From positions 15,734 through 79,733 of IMG/VR virus record IMGVR_UViG_3300009420_000006: DNA of 64,000 nt; one strand, 5' to 3'. The notes below the pieces were generated by a model, which was not told the origin of the DNA, searched no databases, and worked only from the letters and a program-made list of their open reading frames with translations. A program made the position numbers and the translations under genes. This stretch comes from a virus. Lineage: Duplodnaviria; Caudoviricetes. This document shows positions 1 through 7,727 of the stretch, one piece after another (the first letter of the stretch is position 1; each line of letters starts with the position of its first letter).

Positions 1-1
1 T

Positions 2-844
2 GTATCTGCATCAGAAACAGCTACAGGTACAAATACAGCAATGCAACAGAGTTACTCTCAAACAGAGCCTCTATTTGTTGCACATGAGTATGTAATGGGT
101 CAACTATACCAAGCAATTGTAGATGCTGCACTATATACAGAAAGTTCTAAGCCACAATCTACTCTTTCATATATAACTAATGAAGGTGAATCTGCATTTG
201 TACAAGTTAATGGTACTGATTTATCATTACGTGATATTCAAGTATTCTTAACTAACAGACCAGAAGACACTCAAATGTTTAATGAGCTTAGACAATTATC
301 TCAAGCTGTTATTCAAAATGGTGGTACACTTTATGATATTATTGAATTATATAGTACTAAGTCTATGAGAGAGATGAAAAAGACTTTCAAGGATCTTAAA
401 GATAGACAAGAACAGCAACAGCAACAGCAGATGGAGCTTCAACAGCAACAACAGCAAGCTCAACAGCAACAAGCTCAAGCAGCATTAGAGCAAGCTAAGC
501 AGATGGCAATGGAAGAACAGGTTAATGAAGATAGACAAAATGAACTAGATAGAGTTAATAAGAAAGAAGTTGCTCTTATTAATGCTATGGCTAAAGGTCC
601 AGAAATAGTTGGAGCAGATTTAGACAATTCAGGATCACCTGATATAGTAGAGCTATCTAAATTAGAAGCTGAAACTAATAAAGCTAATAGAGATTACCAA
701 GGTAAAATGGCAGAGATCCAAAGTAGAAATTCAATGGCTCAACAAAAACTACAATTAGAAAGAGATAAAATAAAATTAGCTCGTGAGAACCAAGCTAATG
801 ATCTAGCTGTAGCAAAACAAAATGCAAAAGGACGAAATAAATAA
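2..844 (+). CDS. Portal protein, C-terminal part (5'-truncated by window edge)
   Basis: The frame is open from base 2 (VSASETATGTNTAMQQSYSQTEP...). It has a Gln-rich coiled-coil tail and lies directly upstream of scaffold and MCP, the portal position in crAss-like phages. Confidence 0.8.
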   Translation, partial: VSASETATGTNTAMQQSYSQTEPLFVAHEYVMGQLYQAIVDAALYTESSKPQSTLSYITNEGESAFVQVNGTDLSLRDIQVFLTNRPEDTQMFNELRQLSQAVIQNGGTLYDIIELYSTKSMREMKKTFKDLKDRQEQQQQQQMELQQQQQQAQQQQAQAALEQAKQMAMEEQVNEDRQNELDRVNKKEVALINAMAKGPEIVGADLDNSGSPDIVELSKLEAETNKANRDYQGKMAEIQSRNSMAQQKLQLERDKIKLARENQANDLAVAKQNAKGRNK

Positions 845-850
845 CTAAAT

Positions 851-880
851 AATTATTCTCATTATAAAGTGAGAATAGTT
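851..880 (+). other. Hairpin downstream of the portal stop
   Basis: Arms ATTATTCTCA and TGAGAATAGT pair with one G-U; no clear U-tract follows. Confidence 0.4.
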
Positions 881-925
881 AATGCTATATTATCTCGAAT
901 ATTTATAAAAATATATAAATAAAGT

Positions 926-956
926 TTTGTAAATCAATATGACTGAATTAACTTTA
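926..956 (+). promoter_or_regulatory. Bacteroidota-type sigma70 promoter for the scaffold/MCP operon
   Basis: TTTG (926-929), 19 nt spacer, TAACTTTA (949-956). This matches the -33 TTTG / -7 TAnnTTTG consensus with one mismatch. Confidence 0.55.
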
Positions 957-1002
957 CAGTCATAGTAAGTAAAACCAAGATTTTAACAAAAAATAACTAC
1001 AT

Positions 1003-2277
1003 ATGTCTGATAATTTACAGCCACAAGCTAACTTTGGTATACAAGACACCATGAATATGGGTGCCGGTGATACACAATTATTGAATGATCTACTAGCTCC
1101 AGAAACTGCACAAGCAGATCCTGAGTCTGTAGAACCAATAGTAAAAGAAGTTAAAGATACAATTCCTGCAAAAACAGCAGCTAAGGGAAAAGAAATTGTT
1201 CCTCCTCTTAGTCCAGACGGAAAAACTGATGAAGAAAAACAAACAGGGGAATCCCTAATTGCTGACTTCCTAAGTGATGATCCGGATGATACTGAAGAAG
1301 AATCAATTGAAGAAGCTCCATTAGTTAAAGAACCTGAAGATATTCTTGATCAAGTAGAAACAGAAGAATCTGAAGATGCTGCAACTGCAAACTTTGAAGC
1401 ACTCTCAAACGATCTTTTTGATCTTGGAGTATTTAACAAAGAAGATGAAGAGGAAGTTTCTATATCTACCCCTGAAGAATTTCTAGCTCGATTTGAATCT
1501 GAAAAGAAAAAAGGAGCACAAAGTTTAGTACAAGATTTCATAGGTCAATTTGGAGAAGATTATCAACAAGCCTTTGATTCTATCTTTGTAAAAGGAGTAA
1601 ACCCAAAAGAATATTTTGGAACATACAACCAGATAGTAAATTTCTCTGAAATGGATCTATCAAAAGAAGGTAATCAAAAATCAATTATGCAACAAGCATT
1701 AGCTGATCAAGGTTTTGAAAAAGAAGACATAGGTAAAGAAATTGAAAGATTACAAAATTACGGAGATCTAGAATCTGTATCTACTAGACATCACAAGGTG
1801 CTAGTTAAAAAGGAAGCTGCAAAGCTTTCAAAACTAGAAAAACAGTCTCAACAAGAGCTACAAGCAAAGAGCCAAATTAAGGATCAGTATGTAACTAATG
1901 TACAGACAATACTTTCTGATAAAGTAAAAGATAAAGAATTTGATGGTATACCTATCAATTCTAATTTAGCAAATGAACTACAAGACTTCTTATTAGTAGA
2001 CAAGTGGAAAACACCTACTGGAGACACCCTGACTGACTTTGATCGTGCTATTTTAGATATGAAAAGACCTGAGAATCATGAATTAAAAGTTAAAGTGGGA
2101 TTACTCCTAAAGATGTTAGAAAAAGATCCAACCTTGGCTTCTATACAAAGAGCAGGTGTGACTAAAAAATCTAACCAGCTATTTGGAGAAGTTGCTAGAC
2201 AAGTAACTAAATCAAAAACAGTTGCTTCTCAACAGAAAACAACTAGTAAAAAGAAACCAAATTCATGGTTCTTATAA
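1003..2277 (+). CDS. Putative capsid scaffolding protein
   Basis: 424 aa with a very acidic, low-complexity N-half and a helical C-half, located between portal and MCP. Confidence 0.7.
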   Translation: MSDNLQPQANFGIQDTMNMGAGDTQLLNDLLAPETAQADPESVEPIVKEVKDTIPAKTAAKGKEIVPPLSPDGKTDEEKQTGESLIADFLSDDPDDTEEESIEEAPLVKEPEDILDQVETEESEDAATANFEALSNDLFDLGVFNKEDEEEVSISTPEEFLARFESEKKKGAQSLVQDFIGQFGEDYQQAFDSIFVKGVNPKEYFGTYNQIVNFSEMDLSKEGNQKSIMQQALADQGFEKEDIGKEIERLQNYGDLESVSTRHHKVLVKKEAAKLSKLEKQSQQELQAKSQIKDQYVTNVQTILSDKVKDKEFDGIPINSNLANELQDFLLVDKWKTPTGDTLTDFDRAILDMKRPENHELKVKVGLLLKMLEKDPTLASIQRAGVTKKSNQLFGEVARQVTKSKTVASQQKTTSKKKPNSWFL

Positions 2278-2306
2278 TAATTATTAATTAACAAAAAACG
2301 AATAAA

Positions 2307-3872
2307 ATGGCAATTCAAACAATTCCAGGTTTAACTGGCTTTACTTATGCACGTGTAGCGTCTATGGATGCACGAGCTGTAGGTAAGCTGACAGATGCGA
2401 ACCACCTAGAGTCCTTTCACTCTACTGAGCCTGCAGACTATGATAAAAAGATTATCAGTCTGTATACTCAATCTTCATTGTATAGCAATGATTTTCTAGA
2501 CATGATTAACAAGAGTACTCCTTATTACATTGACACAAACTCAGATGCGTGGAAGTGGAATATAGCTGTACCTTACAAATTCCCTAAAATTATTGACATT
2601 CCAAAATCTACTAAAGATATCATTGCTGGTACTGGTAAGGTTGGAATTGATGGTCAAGAGTTTGAGCTTATATTAAGTTCTAACGAGTTCTCTAAGAACG
2701 CTATCATCTCTGTAGGAACACGTCAATATGGACCACGTTTTTACGTGATAAAAGATCCACAACCATGGAACATGGGATGGATTTACAAATTTACATTAGT
2801 AAGTGATAACCCAACAGTAGACTTCGTTAATACTACATTTTTAGCACAAGGTGTTGAATTAGAATTAGTAGATGCTGCAATTGGAGAATTTGATCAAGAC
2901 TTATTAGGTCTTCCTAGATTAGGTGAAGAAATCACTATGTTCGAATCATTAGGTTCTGCATATGGTTATGAGCACAAAATTACGGAATGGGCTGATGATA
3001 AAATGTTAAGAGACTCTTCTGGGAAACCATTAGATATTTTAGTATATGCACCACAACAACGTAATCAACTTCCTTTAAGAAGAGAAGACGTTAAATGGGA
3101 ACCGTTCATTGAGTTCTGGATGCGTAAGTCTATGTTAGAATTAAAAGTTAAACGTATGATCTGGGCTTCTCCAGGTACGGTTAAAACTAATGGATCTAAA
3201 CAAGAATTAAAAAGAACTTCTGCTGGTGTATACCACAGAATGAGAAATAATGGAAACTTAGTACAGTATAACAGAGGTGAATTCTCTGCTAACTTAATAC
3301 GTGCAGTTTTCGGTGATCTATTCTATCGTAGAGTGGATGTTAAAGATCGTAGAGTTAAAATGTATACTAATGAGGCTGGATTCGATGTATTCCAACAAGC
3401 TCTTAAAGATGATGCACTTAATTCAGGTCTTACTTTCATGGCAGATTCTGGAAACAGATACATGCAAGGTGAAGGACAAAACATTACTTATAACTTTGCT
3501 TTCGATGCAATGGTTACGAGAGAAACAGGTCGTGTTGAATTGGTTCACTTAAAAGAACTAGATTTACCACAAACTAATTTAGAATTTGGACAAAACATGA
3601 AATCTACGCCAGTATTTATGGTGTTTGATGTTTCTCCATTATCTGATGGTGCAATGGTAAATAATATCCGTGAAGTTCGTATGCAAGGTGCTCCTTCTAT
3701 GACTTGGGGTTATATTGATGGTACTCGTTCCCACTTAGGCTTTGCGAAGTCTCAAGGAATGCAGTCTGCTAACAAATTCCCAGGATATGAGTTATGGATG
3801 AAAGATCGTTGTGATGTATTCATTGAAGACTTATCTAGAACTGTGTTAATTGAAGAAATTCCACAATTCTAA
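2307..3872 (+). CDS. Major capsid protein, crAss-like
   Basis: 521 aa following the scaffold gene. Size, position and sequence resemble crAss-like MCPs, and a structured intergenic region follows. Confidence 0.85.
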   Translation: MAIQTIPGLTGFTYARVASMDARAVGKLTDANHLESFHSTEPADYDKKIISLYTQSSLYSNDFLDMINKSTPYYIDTNSDAWKWNIAVPYKFPKIIDIPKSTKDIIAGTGKVGIDGQEFELILSSNEFSKNAIISVGTRQYGPRFYVIKDPQPWNMGWIYKFTLVSDNPTVDFVNTTFLAQGVELELVDAAIGEFDQDLLGLPRLGEEITMFESLGSAYGYEHKITEWADDKMLRDSSGKPLDILVYAPQQRNQLPLRREDVKWEPFIEFWMRKSMLELKVKRMIWASPGTVKTNGSKQELKRTSAGVYHRMRNNGNLVQYNRGEFSANLIRAVFGDLFYRRVDVKDRRVKMYTNEAGFDVFQQALKDDALNSGLTFMADSGNRYMQGEGQNITYNFAFDAMVTRETGRVELVHLKELDLPQTNLEFGQNMKSTPVFMVFDVSPLSDGAMVNNIREVRMQGAPSMTWGYIDGTRSHLGFAKSQGMQSANKFPGYELWMKDRCDVFIEDLSRTVLIEEIPQF

Positions 3873-3884
3873 ATATATAAGATA

Positions 3885-4009
3885 GGTGAATTTAATGTTC
3901 ACCATTCTCAGAGAAGTGTCCCCTCACCCACACTGTCCCTCCTCAGAGGGGACATACTTCTCTAACTTGAGTACTGGATTAAGTTCCTACCTGTTCAATC
4001 AGAGTACTC
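3885..4009 (+). ncRNA. Structured RNA element (three hairpins) after the MCP gene
   Basis: Three stems: GGTGAA/TTCACC; AGAGAAG-TGTCCCCTC/GAGGGGACA-CTTCTCT; GAGTACT/AGTACTC. The segment is GC-rich in an AT-rich background. Confidence 0.5.
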
Positions 4010-4051
4010 TACAAATTATAAAACCAAAGAATTAATTAATAAAACTACATT

Positions 4052-5020
4052 ATGGGTAAATTAGGTAAAATCTCTACGATAACGAGAGTATACAACAATA
4101 CACAAGTTCAAACTTTACAAAGTGGTCTATCAAAGGCAGGTATGACAAGAATTCCTGGAACAGGAGTTTTTAAATATCCTTACAAAGAATTAGATGGTAA
4201 ATACAGAACAGGGCTAGATCCTGATGCTGGTTATATCAGAAGAATTCAAGATCCAACTGAAAAAGAACTTGAAATAGAAAGAGTAACTGCTCTAAAAGAT
4301 AAGCTACAAAGTGTATTAGGAGATATTGATTTAGGACCAAGAGCAAAATTCTGGAACTATGGATTATCTACAGGAGTAAATGATTCACTTCATGTTAAAG
4401 CAGTAAAGCTTTTAGATGGTGATAATATGTATGACTTAGATGTACCAATTCAAGAGATTTCTTTTGCTTGGTTAAGAGTTCATCCAACTATTGCATCCTC
4501 ATACCAAGCATGGGAAAGAGGAGAATTTCCAGCAGATACACAGTTTTATGTTGTTAATGATGAGATAGAAAGTCAACTAGTTTATAAAAAGAAGCAACTT
4601 ATTAACAGAGCTATCATCAAGTTTGATGGCATGAGTATAGAAAAGAAAAGAAAAGTTGCAAGACTTCTAGGATTACCAGTAACAAGTGACTCTAAAGAAG
4701 AAGTAGTTTATAACTTAGTAGACAACATGTTAAAGCTAACAGAAGTAAAAACTGGAAACTTCCAAGGATTAAATCCGATAGAAGTATTCAACAGATTTGC
4801 TGACATGAAAGAAAATTTACTCCATATTAAAGATTTAATTAAACAAGCTATACAACATTCAATCTATAGACTTAAGCCAAGTGGCAAGGTTTATGAAGGA
4901 GAATACGAAGTAGCAATGGATGAAGAAGAATTAGTAAAATATTTAATTGATGAAGATCATCAAGATGATTTACTAGTACTTGAAAAGAAATTGAAATCTA
5001 AGAAACTAGCTGCGGTATAA
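4052..5020 (+). CDS. Conserved crAss-like protein following MCP (gene 75-like)
   Basis: 322 aa ORF directly after MCP; the assignment rests on gene order. Confidence 0.6.
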   Translation: MGKLGKISTITRVYNNTQVQTLQSGLSKAGMTRIPGTGVFKYPYKELDGKYRTGLDPDAGYIRRIQDPTEKELEIERVTALKDKLQSVLGDIDLGPRAKFWNYGLSTGVNDSLHVKAVKLLDGDNMYDLDVPIQEISFAWLRVHPTIASSYQAWERGEFPADTQFYVVNDEIESQLVYKKKQLINRAIIKFDGMSIEKKRKVARLLGLPVTSDSKEEVVYNLVDNMLKLTEVKTGNFQGLNPIEVFNRFADMKENLLHIKDLIKQAIQHSIYRLKPSGKVYEGEYEVAMDEEELVKYLIDEDHQDDLLVLEKKLKSKKLAAV

Positions 5021-5033
5021 GTAGCTAGTTTTT
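5003..5033 (+). terminator. Intrinsic terminator-like hairpin overlapping the stop codon
   Basis: AAACTAGCTGC, loop, GTAGCTAGTTT, ending in a short T run. Confidence 0.5.
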
Positions 5034-5049
5034 ATAAACATAGTTAAAT

Positions 5050-5781
5050 ATGATACCAGTAGATAGTTTATTATACAAAATAGATCAAAAACTAAATAAA
5101 CTATCAACTAACGAGCACCAACAGATTGCATTAGAAGACAAAATCTTAAGCTTGAATGAAGCTCAGATTAAGTTGATAAAACAAAAAGTTGATGGTTTTA
5201 GTGTTCCTAGCCGATTAGGTTATGACTCTTTTAAGAAAAGGTATGAGGATTTACAGAATCTAGTTGTAGATTTTACAAATCAACCATTACCGTTAGTGGA
5301 ATCTAACAAAGAATTACATCAATGGGATGCTGACTTAACTGTACTTAAACCTAAGTATATGTTTTATGTAGACAGTTATGTACTAGCAAACAAAGGTAGA
5401 TGCAAAGATCGGATAATATGGATTAATAAAGATCTTAGTAAACATGGAGACTTATCTCTTTTACTAAACAATGATCATTATAAACCAAGTTTTGAGTATC
5501 AAGAAACTCTGAATGGAATATCTTCCTCTGCAATAAGTGTATACACTGATGGTACATTTACCCCCACAACTATACAAATTATGTACATGAGATATCCTGT
5601 CTATATAAATAAGGCAGGATACATCATGTTAGATGGAACTCCATCAACTAACGTAAATTGTGAACTAGAACTATATCTAGAGGATGAGATTGTAGATTTA
5701 ACAGTTCAGAATCTAGCTATGTACACAGAGAATGCTGCTGCTGTACAAAGTGCCCAATTTAGAATACAAACAAATGAATAA
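5050..5781 (+). CDS. Tail ring / connector protein (gene 74-like)
   Basis: 243 aa with N-terminal helices (LNEAQ...RYEDLQ) and C-terminal YMRYP...CEL...EIVDLTV, as in crAss ring proteins; position fits. Confidence 0.65.
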   Translation: MIPVDSLLYKIDQKLNKLSTNEHQQIALEDKILSLNEAQIKLIKQKVDGFSVPSRLGYDSFKKRYEDLQNLVVDFTNQPLPLVESNKELHQWDADLTVLKPKYMFYVDSYVLANKGRCKDRIIWINKDLSKHGDLSLLLNNDHYKPSFEYQETLNGISSSAISVYTDGTFTPTTIQIMYMRYPVYINKAGYIMLDGTPSTNVNCELELYLEDEIVDLTVQNLAMYTENAAAVQSAQFRIQTNE

Positions 5782-5808
5782 TAATATAACCCTTAAACAC
5801 AATAAATT

Positions 5809-6948
5809 ATGAGTACATTCGCGTTAACCACGTTATTCGTGGTGCCAGTAGGTCAGACAGCTCTGCCTAGCACTGGTTCGACTCAAGACCTTACAAAAGG
5901 TCAAGTAGGATTTTACAAAAGTGATTATGCTGTAGCAACTGCTGCAAACATAGCTGCTTCTCCGTATTTTTACGTAGCACAAGGTAGAGAAAACACCTAC
6001 CTTCAAGGATCTAAAAGATCTGACAAAATTAAAGGCTGCCCATCTGGGTCAGGCTGTAACTCTAACGTAACTGAGTGGTATAAAGCTTCTGGGTGTTCCC
6101 AAGCTGCTAACCAGATTACTGACGTTACAGACTTTAAAGTAGGATGTGGTGAGATAGTCACATTAACATTACGTGCTTTTTCTTCTTACATTAATACTTT
6201 ATACTTCAACGGATTTACACGTTCAGTAACTGTTAACGCTCCATGTTGTGAGTGTGGTGGTGATGTGTGTACTGATGTAGATGTTAATGCATTAATCAAT
6301 TCACTTATCGTTAAGTTAGAGCAATCTGCTCCTGGCGATAATCCAGACAACGTATCTTTCAAAAGTTTCTTTACATTTGAAAACGTTGGTGGAACAAAAT
6401 TAAGAATACATGGTAAACCATTAACTAAATATGGACAACCTTGTGATGTTGCTGCATTCCCATTTGAATATGACAGAATGTATTTCAACGCATTTATTTA
6501 TGATGGACCAGCTACAACTGCTGACTTTATCGTTGCTGATGCTTGTAACATTGTTGCTACATCTTCTATAATCCAAAATGCTACTTATCCTTCTGGATTA
6601 GCTGCTGAATGGAAACAAGCAGAAATCAATTACTATAGCTACCAAGCTGGGTATTTAAAATCTCTATACAGAATGGGAGGATACAATGAGAACTTTGAGT
6701 CTTATGTAACTGACGGAGTTGTATATGATAGCTACTATATCAGATTCAATGAATATGATAGAGGTGCATATCAATGGGGTGATTTTATCCATCAAGATTC
6801 TATCGTAATGATAGCCGTACCTAATGCTGACACTGATGGTGGAAGTGGTATAGCTGCTGACGTAGAAGCTGTTTTAGTTGCTGCTCTTGGTGCTGTTGTT
6901 GATAATAATACTTGTATTACAACTACAACTACTACAACTGCTGCATAA
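5809..6948 (+). CDS. Auxiliary capsid / structural protein (gene 73-like) with a poly-Thr tail
   Basis: 379 aa, Cys-rich, ending in CITTTTTTTAA and followed by a strong terminator; position fits. Confidence 0.6.
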   Translation: MSTFALTTLFVVPVGQTALPSTGSTQDLTKGQVGFYKSDYAVATAANIAASPYFYVAQGRENTYLQGSKRSDKIKGCPSGSGCNSNVTEWYKASGCSQAANQITDVTDFKVGCGEIVTLTLRAFSSYINTLYFNGFTRSVTVNAPCCECGGDVCTDVDVNALINSLIVKLEQSAPGDNPDNVSFKSFFTFENVGGTKLRIHGKPLTKYGQPCDVAAFPFEYDRMYFNAFIYDGPATTADFIVADACNIVATSSIIQNATYPSGLAAEWKQAEINYYSYQAGYLKSLYRMGGYNENFESYVTDGVVYDSYYIRFNEYDRGAYQWGDFIHQDSIVMIAVPNADTDGGSGIAADVEAVLVAALGAVVDNNTCITTTTTTTAA

Positions 6949-6983
6949 GGAATAAACTACCTAATACAATACTAACCTAATCT

Positions 6984-7031
6984 AATACCAGAGAGGCGAG
7001 GATAACGCTCAATCCTCTGGTATTTTTTTTT
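6984..7031 (+). terminator. Intrinsic terminator
   Basis: Stem AATACCAGAG/CTCTGGTATT running into a long T tract. Confidence 0.75.
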
Positions 7032-7042
7032 AAATAAAACTT

Positions 7043-7609
7043 ATGGCAGCCAATTTTCAGTTAGATCTTATTGTCCCTCCTAGCTATAGTGTAAATTTAC
7101 TTGCTGTTACAGATGCGTCTATCTATCCAGATGACCCACCTCTTGTATCATCACCAAGTATTGAAATTCAGGTCCCAACATTTGGAACCAAGATATTACC
7201 TTTTGTACCTTTAGAGACAAACATTTTTGCATCAGATACTTTAGGTATTACTGAAGCTGGATGTAAACAAGCACTACCAGATGGTATTTACCATTTGAAG
7301 TATTCTGTTGCACCTGCATATCTAAATTATGTTGAGAAAACAATCATGCGTATAGACAAACTTCAAGAAAAGTTTGATAGTGCATTTTTAAAACTTAATA
7401 TGATGGAATGTGCAAGTGAATTAAGAACACAATCAAGTGTAACATTAAATACAATTAATTTCTTTATTCAAGGCTCTTTAGCAGCTGCTAATAATTGTGC
7501 TGAGAAAGAAGCATTAACACTATACAATCAAGCTAGTGATATGCTTGATACATTTATAAAATCAAACTGTGGTTGTACAGGAAACAACTATAGAGTAAAC
7601 TTCAGATAA
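7043..7609 (+). CDS. Putative tail hub / fibre-attachment protein
   Basis: 188 aa with an Ig-like N-part (LPDGIYHLKYSV) and a helical Cys-rich C-part; follows the auxiliary capsid gene. Confidence 0.5.
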   Translation: MAANFQLDLIVPPSYSVNLLAVTDASIYPDDPPLVSSPSIEIQVPTFGTKILPFVPLETNIFASDTLGITEAGCKQALPDGIYHLKYSVAPAYLNYVEKTIMRIDKLQEKFDSAFLKLNMMECASELRTQSSVTLNTINFFIQGSLAAANNCAEKEALTLYNQASDMLDTFIKSNCGCTGNNYRVNFR

Positions 7610-7611
7610 TT

Positions 7612-7722
7612 ATGGCCCAGTGTGCAGGATGTGGAACTAAGGTGGGATGTGCGTGCAGATTAAATAATGGTCTATGTGCCAGCTGTCGAGCTAAATTAAA
7701 AGAAAAGCAAGGTAAAAAGTAA
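7612..7722 (+). CDS. 36-aa Cys-rich microprotein (not in the ORF track)
   Basis: MAQCAGCGTKVGCACRLNNGLCASCRAKLKEKQGKK fills the gap between neighbours almost exactly. Confidence 0.7.
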   Translation: MAQCAGCGTKVGCACRLNNGLCASCRAKLKEKQGKK

Positions 7723-7727
7723 GATAT

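Noticed and set aside
2254-2260. A third AAACCAA upstream of the MCP gene
   Set aside because: It lies in coding sequence (KPN), at a different distance from the ATG and without the AACTACAT box; probably chance.
3885-4009. tRNA or simple terminator after the MCP gene
   Set aside because: No cloverleaf or T-loop consensus and no U-tract after the stems.
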